Origin: an uncultured Candidatus Rokubacteria bacterium
GTDB lineage: Bacteria; Methylomirabilota; Methylomirabilia; Rokubacteriales; DASRDR01
DNA: 64,000 nt
Assembly: GCA_963805625.1 (NCBI GenBank)
Contig: CAWDVE010000017.1
Coordinates: 224,001-288,000, forward strand
Direction of reading: 5' to 3'
How positions within the stretch are numbered: position 1 is the stretch's first letter; every line of letters starts with the position of its first letter. This document shows positions 52,932 to 62,601 of this stretch, one piece after another. The position numbers and the translations under genes were made by a program. Below the pieces are notes generated by a model. It worked only from the letters and a program-made list of their open reading frames with translations. It did no database searches and was not told the DNA's origin.

Positions 52932-53149
52932 GGCGCGCCCGCATCGCGGTCGTGAGGTTCCGGCCAGCGGGTGGAGAACGGCTCCGCCATTGGCGCCATG
53001 CTACGCTACTGTCGCGGCCCCGATCCAGAAACGGGTCGACAGGCGAGTGCGTCCGTGCCCCGATCCAGGGCCGCTCGGGCGGGCCGCGGTCCCGCCGGGA
53101 GGGTAGGTCGATCGTCCGCGAGCGGTGTGAGCGGCGGAACTGGCGCGCC

Positions 53150-54661
53150 TTGAAGCCCGGCCCGCAGACCTTCGCCGTCCTCCTTGCCGCCTACGCGATC
53201 GGGCACGGCGCCCTCCGGGTGTGGATCTCACCGATCCTCAACATCGACGACGCGCGTGAGGCGGTCTTCAGCCAGACCCTCGCGTGGGGCTACCAGCCGC
53301 GCCAGCCGCCGCTCTACACGTGGCTCGTGTGGGCGACGGTCCGCCTCGCCGGGGTGAGCGTCGCCAGCCTCACGGGGCTCAAGTACGCGGTGCTCGCCGT
53401 CGCGTACGCCTTCCTGTACCTGACGGCGCGGCGGATCCTGGTCGAGCCCAGGCTCGCCCCGCTCGCGGCGTTCTCGCTGCTCCTGCTCCTGCCCGTCGGG
53501 TGGTTCGTCCACGACGACCTCACGCAGAGCGTGGCCGTGCTCGCAGCTGCCGCCGCGACCGTGTACGCGCTGATCCGGCTCGAGGCCGCTCCCACCCCCG
53601 GGCGCTACGCGTGGCTCGGACTCGCACTCGCACTGGGCACCTTGTCGAAGCTCACCTACCTCGTCTTCGGCGCCGCCCTCGGGGTGGCGGCGCTGACCGT
53701 CGCCCCCTACCGGCGGCGACTCCTGGACCCGCGCGGGATCGTGACCCTCCTGGTGGCGGCCGCCCTGCTCTTGCCGTACGCGCTCTGGCTTGCCAGCTAC
53801 CAGGACGACCTCGCGCGCTTCGCCGAGCAGGCCGGTCCCGGGGGCGCGCGCTCCTTCACCGCCGGTGTCCTTGACGGTCTGGGCGCCGTGCTGCGGGCCC
53901 TCGCCTACTACGCGGTCCCACTGGGTCTCGGGTTCCTCGCCCTCTTCCCGGAGATCTATCGCGGCCGGCCGCGAGCCGCCGGGCGCGAGAGTCCCGCGGG
54001 ACTGCTCGTCGAGCGCACCCTCCTGGCCGGGCTGGGCCTTCTCGGCGGCGGCGCCCTCCTGAACCTTCTGGGTCAGCTGAAGTTCCGCTGGGCCATCCCG
54101 CTCTTCTTCCTCCTGCCGCTCTACGCGTGCTGGCGCCTCGATCGGCTGGGGATCGACGGCGCGCGCCGTCGGCGGCTTGGCGTCTACGCGGGAATCCTGG
54201 TCCTCACCGAGGGGCTCATGGTCATCGGGATCCTGCTCCAGATCCACATCGGTGCGCATGTCGGGCTGCCGGCGCGGCTCAACACGCCGTACGACGCGGT
54301 GGCGGGCGCGATCGCGGCCGACGGGTTCCGCCGCGGCACGATCGTCGCAGGCCCCGGACCGCTCGGCGGCAACCTGCGCCTCGCGTTCCCGGACTCGCGC
54401 GTCGCGAGCCTGGAGACGCCCGGCTACCTGCCGGCGCCCGTGGCCGGCGTTGACGCGGGCGAGTGTCTCCTCGTCTGGGACCAGGGAACGGGCGACGCGG
54501 TCCCGGACGATCTCGGCACGTGGCTCCGGGCGCACCTCGACGTCGAGGGCCCGGCCGCGCCCCCGGTCGGGCGCCTGACCGCGCCGTATCGGCACACGCC
54601 CGCGCGCGAGTATCGCGCGTTCCTCCTCCGTCTCCCTCAGGGGGTCGGGCGCTGCCGGTGA
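53150..54661 (+). CDS. GT-C glycosyltransferase (RgtA/B/C-like), paralog of 49381..50868
   Basis: IDDAREAVFSQTLAWGYQPRQPPLYTWL, GNLRLAFPDSRV, ends GRCR; TTG start tentative. Confidence 0.8.
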   Translation: MKPGPQTFAVLLAAYAIGHGALRVWISPILNIDDAREAVFSQTLAWGYQPRQPPLYTWLVWATVRLAGVSVASLTGLKYAVLAVAYAFLYLTARRILVEPRLAPLAAFSLLLLLPVGWFVHDDLTQSVAVLAAAAATVYALIRLEAAPTPGRYAWLGLALALGTLSKLTYLVFGAALGVAALTVAPYRRRLLDPRGIVTLLVAAALLLPYALWLASYQDDLARFAEQAGPGGARSFTAGVLDGLGAVLRALAYYAVPLGLGFLALFPEIYRGRPRAAGRESPAGLLVERTLLAGLGLLGGGALLNLLGQLKFRWAIPLFFLLPLYACWRLDRLGIDGARRRRLGVYAGILVLTEGLMVIGILLQIHIGAHVGLPARLNTPYDAVAGAIAADGFRRGTIVAGPGPLGGNLRLAFPDSRVASLETPGYLPAPVAGVDAGECLLVWDQGTGDAVPDDLGTWLRAHLDVEGPAAPPVGRLTAPYRHTPAREYRAFLLRLPQGVGRCR

Positions 54662-55875
54662 CGGCGCGGCTCGGCCTCATCGCGCTCGGGATCCTCGCCG
54701 CGCTGGGCCTCGCGGAGGGGGTGCTGCGCGCCGCCGCCGCCCTCGACCCCCGGGTGCGGTTCCTCGCTACGGGTCGCGCGACGCGGCCCGCCGTGACCTA
54801 CGCCACGCTGGAGGAGTTCATCGCGGCGCAGGCGGCGCACATCACGCCCCACCAGCCGTGGTACAACCACTGGAGCAACGCGTTTGGATTCCACGACGAG
54901 GAGTTCGTCGAGCCGAAGCCTGCGGGCCGGCTCCGGGTCCTGGTGGTGGGCGACTCGTTCACGTTCGCGCCCGTTCCGTATCCCCAGGGGGTGGTGACCC
55001 TCACCGAGATCGCGCTCCGCGCGGCCTGCGGCGGGCGGGACCTGGATCTCCTCAACATGGGCCTGATGGGGGCGGGGCCGCCCGAGTACCGCATCCTCGC
55101 CGAGCTCGGCGCGCCGCGCTTCGCGCCCGACCTCGTCCTGGTGAACCTCTTCGTGGGCAACGATGCGCCCGACCTTCATCGCCACGTGCACGACCGCTCG
55201 CCGCTCGAGCGGGCGCTCCGGCGCTCGCACGTCTGGACGTTCGCGAAAAACTTCCTGCGCGCCCGGGGCGGGCTGCGCGAGCCCCGGCTGCCCGCGCGAG
55301 TGAGCGCGGCCCCGCCCGGAGCGCCGGTCTCGCGCGGGGGCACGCTCGTGGAGGGGACCAGCGAGTTGACCCCGGACGACCCGGCCCTGGTGGGGCCGCT
55401 CCTCTCGGACGCGGCCTACCAGGAGGTGCTCGCCTCGGACCTCGGCCGCTTCTATCGGCCGGGAGACGAGCGGGCCCTCCGGGCCGCCTGGCAGCCGTTC
55501 CTCGTGGACCTCGACGCGGTGCACGCGGCCGCGACGCGGGCGGGGAGCCGGATGGCCCTGGCGCTCATGCCGTCGATCCTCCAGGTGAACGTCCCCCTCC
55601 GCACCGCCACGGTGGCGCGGCTGAGCGCCTCGCTCCGGTACCGGGGGCTGTCGAGCGCCGAGGTCGATCCCGACCTCCCCAACACGCTCCTCCGAGAGTA
55701 CGCGCGGACGCGCGGCATTCCCCTCGTCGACCTCACCCCGGCATTCGTCGCCGAGAGCGCCGCCGCCGAGCCGCTCTATAAGCGGTACGACAATCACTGG
55801 ACCCCGCGCGGGAACCGCGTGGCCGCCAGGTCGCTCACCGCTTTCCTCGCGCCACTCGTGTGTGGACCCCGATGA
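54658..55875 (+). CDS. SGNH/GDSL hydrolase-like protein (AlgJ/AlgX-like)
   Basis: N-terminal TM with AE motif, VVGDSFT, FVGND, DNHWTPRGN. Confidence 0.85.
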   Translation: MTARLGLIALGILAALGLAEGVLRAAAALDPRVRFLATGRATRPAVTYATLEEFIAAQAAHITPHQPWYNHWSNAFGFHDEEFVEPKPAGRLRVLVVGDSFTFAPVPYPQGVVTLTEIALRAACGGRDLDLLNMGLMGAGPPEYRILAELGAPRFAPDLVLVNLFVGNDAPDLHRHVHDRSPLERALRRSHVWTFAKNFLRARGGLREPRLPARVSAAPPGAPVSRGGTLVEGTSELTPDDPALVGPLLSDAAYQEVLASDLGRFYRPGDERALRAAWQPFLVDLDAVHAAATRAGSRMALALMPSILQVNVPLRTATVARLSASLRYRGLSSAEVDPDLPNTLLREYARTRGIPLVDLTPAFVAESAAAEPLYKRYDNHWTPRGNRVAARSLTAFLAPLVCGPR

Positions 55876-57026
55876 CCACGCGGCTTCGGCGGATCGCCTA
55901 CATCTTCGGCCTGTGCGGCCTGACGCTCGCGGCCGCGGAGGGCCTCTTGCGCGTTTGGTATCCCGCCCCGACGCGTCACTACGTGTGGCCGCCCAATCTC
56001 CGGGTCGACTTCGCGCCGACCGACGCGGCGACCCCGGGTGTCGCGGGACGCGGACGGTTCCGGACCAACAGCCTCGGTCTCCGGTCCGACGAGCCGTTCG
56101 CCGACGCCCGCCGGATCGTGTACGTCCTCGGGGGGAGCACGGCCGCCGACCTCTACCTCGACCAGGAGGAGGCGTGGGTGTCCCTCGTGCAGCAAGGGCT
56201 CAACCGCACTCCGGGCCAGCCACGGACGTGGGTGGGCAACCTGGCGCGCCCGTCGCTGGCGAGCGTCCACAACCTGATCCACTTCGACCGTCTGCTGCCG
56301 GAGCTCCCACCGGCGGACCTGCTCGTCGACCTCGTCGGGGTCAACGATCTCCAGCTCGCGCTCAAGTCGAGCTACCTCGACGCGCCAACGCCGGAGACGC
56401 ACCTCGCGTGGGCCTTCGCGCTCCGTCCGCCCGGGGACGACCTCGGGAGCCGGCTGGCGACGGTGCGCGCCGCGCGCTTCGCATGGCAGACGTGGCGCCA
56501 GACGCGCCTCGGCCTCGTCCAGACCCGGACTGCGGACGGCTACGCGCGCCTCCGGCAGTGCCGGCAGACGGCGCCGCCGGCGAACCTCGTCGACGCCCCC
56601 CCCGATCTCGGTCCGGCCCTGGCGGAGTACCGCCGGAACCTCCAGGCCCTGGTCGACCGAGCCCGCGCGTACGGCGCCCCGCTGCTCTTCCTCACCCAGC
56701 CCACGCTCTGGGCGAGGGAGATGGGTCCGGCCGAGCGGGCGCGGCTCCTCGCCGGTGGGCTGGGTCCGATCAAGACCTGGTGCACCCACCAGCGCTACTT
56801 CTCGCCGGGAGCGCTGGCCGAAGGCATGCGCGCCTTCAACGACGTCCTGCGGGACGTGTGCCGGGCGCCGGGCATGGCCTGCCGGGACCTGGCGGCGGCG
56901 CTCCCGCCGCGCGCCGAGTACTTCTACGACGACATGCATCTTTCGGAGGCTGGGGCGCGGCGCGTGGCCGACCTCGTCGTCGCGTGGATCCTGGAGCTCC
57001 CGCCCACGCTCCGGCCGCGTCCGTGA
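55872..57026 (+). CDS. SGNH/GDSL hydrolase-like protein
   Basis: NSLGLR, LGGSTA, GVND, DDMHLSEAG; ATGA overlap. Confidence 0.85.
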   Translation: MTTRLRRIAYIFGLCGLTLAAAEGLLRVWYPAPTRHYVWPPNLRVDFAPTDAATPGVAGRGRFRTNSLGLRSDEPFADARRIVYVLGGSTAADLYLDQEEAWVSLVQQGLNRTPGQPRTWVGNLARPSLASVHNLIHFDRLLPELPPADLLVDLVGVNDLQLALKSSYLDAPTPETHLAWAFALRPPGDDLGSRLATVRAARFAWQTWRQTRLGLVQTRTADGYARLRQCRQTAPPANLVDAPPDLGPALAEYRRNLQALVDRARAYGAPLLFLTQPTLWAREMGPAERARLLAGGLGPIKTWCTHQRYFSPGALAEGMRAFNDVLRDVCRAPGMACRDLAAALPPRAEYFYDDMHLSEAGARRVADLVVAWILELPPTLRPRP

Positions 57027-57162
57027 GCGTCAGCGCGGGTCCGCGTCCCCGGTGCTCTGGCGGCAGCCAGCTCTGGCGGCGGCCACCCGGTGAGGACCGC
57101 TCCGAAGGCTGTGCTAGACTTCGAGAGTGCCGGCGGGAACTGGATCCGAACCGCAACACGGG

Positions 57163-57396
57163 GTGAAGGCCGCGGCCCGCGCCGCCTGGCGCTGGTGGAC
57201 CCGGGTGGCCCACCGGATCGGCGACTTCCAGGCGCGGGTGCTCCTGAGCTTCTTCTACTACGTGATCCTCGGCCCGTTCGCGCTCGTCCTGCGCCGGGGT
57301 GACCCCCTCGGTATCGCACCCGGCGTGGCCCGCGGCTGGCGCCAGCGCGACACCGCCATCCGCCCGATCGCCGAGCAGGCGCAGCGGCAGTCCTGA
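57163..57396 (+). CDS. SxtJ-like small membrane protein
   Basis: W.RVAHRIG..QARVLL.FFYYVILGPF..RRGDPL; TGATG coupling to the carbamoyltransferase. Confidence 0.75.
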   Translation: MKAAARAAWRWWTRVAHRIGDFQARVLLSFFYYVILGPFALVLRRGDPLGIAPGVARGWRQRDTAIRPIAEQAQRQS

Positions 57397-59195
57397 TGGA
57401 CGTCCTCGGGGTCTCCTGCTACTTCCACGACGCCGCGGCGGCGCTCCTTCGCGACGGGCAGCTCGTGGCCGCCGTGGAGGAGGAGCGCTTCAGCCGGAAG
57501 AAGCACGACTATGGGTTCCCGTCCCATGCCATCGACTTCTGTCTCCGCACCGGCGGCATTCCCGCCTCCGCGCTCGACTACGTCGTGTTCTTCGAGAAGC
57601 CGTTCCTCAAGTTCGAGCGTCTCCTGCTCACGTGCATGCAGACGTTCCCACGCTCCCGTCGCCTGTTCCAGGAAGCGATGATCCCCTGGCTCGGCGACAA
57701 GATGTGGATCCGGCACCTCCTCCAGAAGCGGCTCGGCCTTCCCCCCTCGCGAATCCTGTTCAGCGAGCACCACCTCTCCCACGCGGCCAGCGCGTTCTTC
57801 TGTTCGCCCTTCCCCGAGGCCGCGATCCTGACCGTTGACGGCGTTGGGGAGTGGACTACCGCGACGGTGGGCGTGGGGCGCGGCACCGAGATCTCGGTCC
57901 TCGAGGAGATCCGGTTCCCGCACTCGCTCGGGCTCCTCTACAGCGCCTTCACCGCATTCCTCGGCTTCGAGGTCAACGAGGGCGAGTACAAGGTGATGGG
58001 CATGGCGCCATTCGGCGTGCCGCGGCACGTCGACCGCGTGTGGCAGCTGATCCGGGTCGCGGACGACGGCGGCTTCGAGCTCGACATGAGCTACTTCGAG
58101 TTCCACCGGTCGACCGAGCGGACATACAGCGATCGCTTCGTGGAGCTGTTCGGCGCGCCGCGGGATCCCGGCGCGCCCTTCTTCACGGCCGCGAGCGGCT
58201 ACCCGTCCTACTTCGGGCCTCGTGCCGAAGACCACGCAGCGCAGGCGGAGCGGAACCAGTACTACGCCGATCTGGCGGCGAGCATCCAGGCCGTGGTCGA
58301 GGAGGTCGTCCTTCGGATGGCGCGGTACGCCCACCGCCGGACGGGCCTGCCGCGCCTCTGCATGGCCGGCGGCGTGGCGCTCAACAGCGTGGCCAACGGG
58401 CGTGTCGTTCGCGAGGGGCCATTCGAGGAGCTGTACGTTCAGCCGGCGGCGGGGGACTCGGGCGGGGCGTTGGGCGCGGCGCTCTGGGGGCACCACGCGG
58501 TTCTCGGCCGGCCGCGCGGGTTCGTGATGGAGCACGCCGCGTGGGGCCAGGAGTACGGGCGGCCGGAGGTCCAGGCGTCCCTCGAGGCCAATGGGGCCGC
58601 CTACACGCCGTTCGACGACGAGGATCACCTGCTGGACCACGTCGTGGACCGGCTCGAGCAGGGCCGCGTCGTCGGATGGTTCCAGGGCCGCTTCGAGTGG
58701 GGGCCCCGCGCCCTCGGACACCGGAGCATCCTCGCGGACCCCCGCCGCCCCGAGATGAAGGATCTGGTGAACGTGAAGATCAAGTACCGGGAGCCCTTCC
58801 GGCCGTTTGCGCCGTCGGTCCCGGTCGGCCGCGCGGAGGAGTACTTCGCCCTCCCGGACGCCGCCCGCCACTACCCGGCCCGGTTCATGCTCTATGTCGT
58901 GGACGTCCACGACGCCAAGCGCGACACCATCCCGGCGGTCACCCACGTGGACGGCACCGCGCGGCTTCAGACCGTGCGCGAGGACACCGCCCCACGCTAC
59001 CATCGGCTCATCGAGCGGTTCGGCAAGGCCACGGGCGTGCCGGTGCTGCTGAACACGTCCTTCAATCTCAAGGGCGAGCCGATCGTCAACACGCCCGCCG
59101 AGGCGCTCGCCACGTTTGCCCGGAGCGGGATGGACTTGCTCGTCCTCGGGGACTGTGTCGTCGAGAAGCGCACACCGGGAGGGTCGGAGCCGTGA
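57396..59195 (+). CDS. O-carbamoyltransferase (NodU/CmcH/SxtI family)
   Basis: HDAAAAL, EEERFSRKKH, EHHLSHAASAF, GEYKVMG, GPRALGHRSIL, FRPFAPS, LNTSFN. Confidence 0.95.
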   Translation: MDVLGVSCYFHDAAAALLRDGQLVAAVEEERFSRKKHDYGFPSHAIDFCLRTGGIPASALDYVVFFEKPFLKFERLLLTCMQTFPRSRRLFQEAMIPWLGDKMWIRHLLQKRLGLPPSRILFSEHHLSHAASAFFCSPFPEAAILTVDGVGEWTTATVGVGRGTEISVLEEIRFPHSLGLLYSAFTAFLGFEVNEGEYKVMGMAPFGVPRHVDRVWQLIRVADDGGFELDMSYFEFHRSTERTYSDRFVELFGAPRDPGAPFFTAASGYPSYFGPRAEDHAAQAERNQYYADLAASIQAVVEEVVLRMARYAHRRTGLPRLCMAGGVALNSVANGRVVREGPFEELYVQPAAGDSGGALGAALWGHHAVLGRPRGFVMEHAAWGQEYGRPEVQASLEANGAAYTPFDDEDHLLDHVVDRLEQGRVVGWFQGRFEWGPRALGHRSILADPRRPEMKDLVNVKIKYREPFRPFAPSVPVGRAEEYFALPDAARHYPARFMLYVVDVHDAKRDTIPAVTHVDGTARLQTVREDTAPRYHRLIERFGKATGVPVLLNTSFNLKGEPIVNTPAEALATFARSGMDLLVLGDCVVEKRTPGGSEP

Positions 59196-59371
59196 AGCTG
59201 AGCGAGCATTTCCAGAGCCGGGCGGGGATCCTCGGCGAGCTCCTGCAGTTCTTCTGGGGACGGAAGTGGTGGTGGCTGACGCCAATGCTGCTCCTCCTGC
59301 TCCTGGTCGGCGGGCTGATCATCTTCGCCCAGAGCTCCGCGATCGCGCCGTTCATCTACACGCTGTTCTAG
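59192..59371 (+). CDS. SxtK-like/DUF5989 small membrane protein
   Basis: RKWWWLTP...SSAIAPFIYTLF; GTGA overlap. Confidence 0.88.
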   Translation: MKLSEHFQSRAGILGELLQFFWGRKWWWLTPMLLLLLLVGGLIIFAQSSAIAPFIYTLF

Positions 59372-59782
59372 CGGTCGCGAAACCTGGGGACTGCGCGGAG
59401 CCGCGCGCGGGGCGACCCGCTACTGGCGCTCCCCCGCTTCGGTTGAGCCGGATCGCGATGGGCACCCGCACGCCGCCACTCGGCCGTCGTGGCCGACCAG
59501 GGGTAGTAGACGACGACGCCATCGGCGGAGGCTCGATGCAGGTCTGCCGGGGCGCACAGGGGCAGCTCGAAGAGTGGCTCCGGAGCATCCGCATTTCGGC
59601 GCCTGGATCTTGGCGCTGTGTGAAGGGCTCCGTGCCCATGCCGCCCCAGAAGCCATCGGGACGACCTTGCCGTGGGCTACTATGGCCGGCGCCGGCCCCA
59701 TGGCATCGCGTCGGGCCGAAGCTCGGTGCCGCCGGAGCGCCGCTGCTGGTATGGCCCGGCGCCAGGCTCTGGGAGGGATGAG

Positions 59783-60721
59783 ATGAGGGGTCTCCGGTCG
59801 ATCGGTGCCGTCGCGCTCCTCATCGTCGCGCTCGTCTCGCCTGGCCGCGGCCAGGGGTTCGGTACCTGGATTCGCGGGGCCCCGCTCCTGTCGAGCCGGA
59901 CGGAGGTCACGGGCGCCGAGCTCGGGGGGCGCCTCTACGTGATCGGTGGATTCGGGCAGGGGGGCGATCAGGTCGAGGTGTACGATCCGCGGGCGGACCG
60001 CTGGGAGCGGCGAGCGTCGCTGCCCGTGCCCCTCCATCACGCGGCGGCCGTTGCCGTGGGCGGCCGGCTCTACGTCGTCGGTGGCTACTCGGGCGGCCAG
60101 TGGGCCGTGCTCGACACCGTGTTCGAGTACGACCCGGGGGCGGACCGGTGGCGCACCCGGGCGCCGCTCCCCACGGGTCGCGGGGCCCTGGCGGCCGCGG
60201 TCATCGACGGCCGCGTGTATGCTGCCGGGGGCGTGGGGTCGGCCCGCCGCAACACGGACGCGTTCGAGGTCTACGACCCCGGCGCGGACCGGTGGGAGCC
60301 GCGGGCGCCGATGCCGGTTCCTCGCGACCACCACGCGGCGGGGGCTGTCGGCGGGAAGCTCCACGTGGTCGGAGGGCGTCTGGACGGGAGCTATGCGCGG
60401 AATCTCGACGCCCATCACATGTACGACCCCGCGACGAACGGCTGGACGGCCCGGCCGCCCCTTCCCACCGCGCGGAGCGGGATCGCCGCCGCCGTCCTCG
60501 GATCACGCCTGTTCGTCTTCGGCGGCGAGGCGCCCACCGGGACCTTCGGCCAGGTCGAGGTCTACGACGCCGCCGCGAACCGGTGGAGCGTACTGACCCC
60601 GATGCCGACGCCGCGCCACGGCTTGACAGCCATCCTCTTCGAGGGACGGATCCACGTTCTCTCGGGTGGCCCCCAGCCCGGCGGGTCTTACAGCGCCGCC
60701 CACGAGATCCTGAGTCCCTGA
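59783..60721 (+). CDS. Secreted Kelch-repeat beta-propeller protein
   Basis: Signal peptide and six GG..YDP..W Kelch repeats. Confidence 0.92.
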   Translation: MRGLRSIGAVALLIVALVSPGRGQGFGTWIRGAPLLSSRTEVTGAELGGRLYVIGGFGQGGDQVEVYDPRADRWERRASLPVPLHHAAAVAVGGRLYVVGGYSGGQWAVLDTVFEYDPGADRWRTRAPLPTGRGALAAAVIDGRVYAAGGVGSARRNTDAFEVYDPGADRWEPRAPMPVPRDHHAAGAVGGKLHVVGGRLDGSYARNLDAHHMYDPATNGWTARPPLPTARSGIAAAVLGSRLFVFGGEAPTGTFGQVEVYDAAANRWSVLTPMPTPRHGLTAILFEGRIHVLSGGPQPGGSYSAAHEILSP

Positions 60722-60834
60722 GGCCCTGATCGACTCACCACCGTGGCGCCTCGCGGGCCATCCCCCGCGCGGGCTGTGATAGCCTGAAGACCTCGCGCGA
60801 GATTCTCCGATGACCCTCCTCCTGCGTCAGGGGC

Positions 60835-61320
60835 TCATGGCGGGGTGGCCGGCGAGTTCCCGGTCGACACCGTGAGGGAGACCCGGTTTCGATCGCCGAC
60901 CCGCGCGTAGGCTGCCGACGCGGTCAGGCCCCGGATGAGCGCCAGGCCGAGGCCGCCCGGGGTCTCCGCCCGGGGTGCGAGCGGGGGTGCTGGGGCACCG
61001 GTGAGGGGATCGAAGGCCGGCCCCGCATCCTCGTAGGTGATCTCGATGACGCCGCCCTCGGCGGCGAGCGTGACCCACACCGGGCCCTCGCTGCCGTCGG
61101 CGTAGCCGTGGGTCACCGTGTTCGTGAAGAGCTCTTCCAGGACGAGGACGACCCGCAAGGTCGTGCTGTGATCCGCTCCCACGGCCGTCCCGAAGGCCTC
61201 GGCCAGAGCGCGCACTTCCGCGAAGCTGGGGAGCCGGCCCCGGAACGCTCCCTCGGCCCGCACGGTCAGGCCCTCACCGTGCCCGGTGGCCGTCCGAGGC
61301 GCGCCCGGGGTATGATCCAT
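60835..61320 (-). CDS. RsbW-like anti-sigma factor/Ser kinase (HATPase_c_2)
   Basis: EELFTNTVTHG, EDAGPAFDP, GGLGLALI. Confidence 0.88.
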   Translation of the reverse strand: MDHTPGAPRTATGHGEGLTVRAEGAFRGRLPSFAEVRALAEAFGTAVGADHSTTLRVVLVLEELFTNTVTHGYADGSEGPVWVTLAAEGGVIEITYEDAGPAFDPLTGAPAPPLAPRAETPGGLGLALIRGLTASAAYARVGDRNRVSLTVSTGNSPATPP

Positions 61321-61411
61321 GGCCTCGCCGCCACCGTGGTCCGGGCTCCACGAGGAGGCTCGGACCAGGACCGGCCAGGTCGAGTCGACTGGGGATGGAC
61401 GAACAAGGACC

Positions 61412-61471
61412 GAGCCAGATGGCGTCGGGCCAAACGGGATTGGGCCACATGACGTCGAGCCAAATGGGGTC
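61412..61471 (+). repeat. Four degenerate 15-bp tandem repeats
   Basis: gagccagatggcgtc/gggccaaacgggatt/gggccacatgacgtc/gagccaaatggggtc. Confidence 0.6.
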
Positions 61472-61487
61472 GGGGAGGACCAGTGTG

Positions 61488-61967
61488 ATGCGGACGGAAG
61501 TCGCGGTGAGGCCGCGAGCGGGCGGCTTGCTGATCGTCATCCTCGGGATGGCGTTCGCGGTGCTGATGGCCGGTGAGGCAATCGCCCAGGACGTCGGCCG
61601 GGTCAAGACGGTGAAGGGCACGGTCTACGTCGAGCGGGAAGGGCGGCGCGAGCTGGCCCTGGTCGGCGCGGGCGTGCGCCAGGCCGATACGCTCGTGACG
61701 GGGCCGGACGGGGCCGTGGGTATCACGCTGGCCGACGACACGCTCCTGTCGGCGGGTCCAAACAGCATTCTCGCGATCGAGCGCTTTGTCTACGAAGCGA
61801 ACCAGCCGGGCTCGCTGGAGGCGGCGCTCACCAAGGGTACGTTGGCGGTCGTCTCCGGCCGCATCGCGAAGCAAGCGCCCGATGCCATGCGCGTCAGGAC
61901 GCCGGCCGCGATCCTTGGCGTGCGCGGCACGGAGTTCGTCGTTCGTGCGAGCGACGGCTCGCCGTAG
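61488..61967 (+). CDS. Secreted FecR-domain protein
   Basis: Signal peptide, TGPDGAVGITLADDT...GPNS, TPAAILGVRGTEF; GGAGG SD; alternative start 61395. Confidence 0.88.
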   Translation: MRTEVAVRPRAGGLLIVILGMAFAVLMAGEAIAQDVGRVKTVKGTVYVEREGRRELALVGAGVRQADTLVTGPDGAVGITLADDTLLSAGPNSILAIERFVYEANQPGSLEAALTKGTLAVVSGRIAKQAPDAMRVRTPAAILGVRGTEFVVRASDGSP

Positions 61968-62601
61968 CGGCGGGCGGCGCCTCCTCCTTCCCGGCCTCGC
62001 CCTGGCGGGCATGCTGGCAGGCGCCTGTGCTGCGCCGCCGGCGCCACCGCCCGCAGCCCCGCCGCCGCGCGCCGACCTCGTGGTGCTTCTCCCGAACCGC
62101 GAGGGCGGGGTGGGAGCGGTCGTCGTCCAGGAGGGCGGGCACGAGGTCGTGCTGAACACCGCGTACGCGAGTGCCCACACGGGCGCCGGGGGCCGGCTCG
62201 AGCCCGGCCAGACGTCCCCCGACGAGGTCCGGGCCGTCTTCGCCGATGCGCTCGCGGCCGAGCCGCCTCGTCCCGTCACGTTCATCCTCTACTTCGTCGA
62301 GGCGACGGACCAATTCACGCCGGAATCGCAGGCCCTCGTGGACCAGGTCCTCCTGGCGATCGCCTCGCGGCCCGCGCCCGAGCTCATGGTGGCCGGCCAC
62401 ACCGACGCCGTCGGAACGGACCAGTACAACGACACCCTCTCGCTCCGTCGCGCCGAGCGCTTGCGAACCCTCCTGATCGCCCGGGGCATTGCGCCGGACA
62501 GCATCCGTGCCATCGGGCGCGGCAAGCGCGAGCTCCGGGTGCCAACACCCGACGGGGTGGCCGAGCCGCGCAACCGGCGGGTCGAGATCACGGTGCGCTG
62601 A
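61945..62601 (+). CDS. OmpA-family lipoprotein
   Basis: Lipobox AGAC, GHTDAVG..YN..LSLRRA, NRRVEI; start tentative. Confidence 0.88.
   Translation: MRATARRSGGRRLLLPGLALAGMLAGACAAPPAPPPAAPPPRADLVVLLPNREGGVGAVVVQEGGHEVVLNTAYASAHTGAGGRLEPGQTSPDEVRAVFADALAAEPPRPVTFILYFVEATDQFTPESQALVDQVLLAIASRPAPELMVAGHTDAVGTDQYNDTLSLRRAERLRTLLIARGIAPDSIRAIGRGKRELRVPTPDGVAEPRNRRVEITVR

Noticed and set aside
57163-59371. Saxitoxin biosynthesis
   Set aside because: Only sxtI/J/K-like genes are present; no sxtA, sxtG or other core genes.
59372-59782. Small ORFs in the gap before the Kelch gene
   Set aside because: No convincing start, SD or recognisable motif.
61412-61471. CRISPR array
   Set aside because: Short contiguous degenerate repeats with no spacers and no cas genes.
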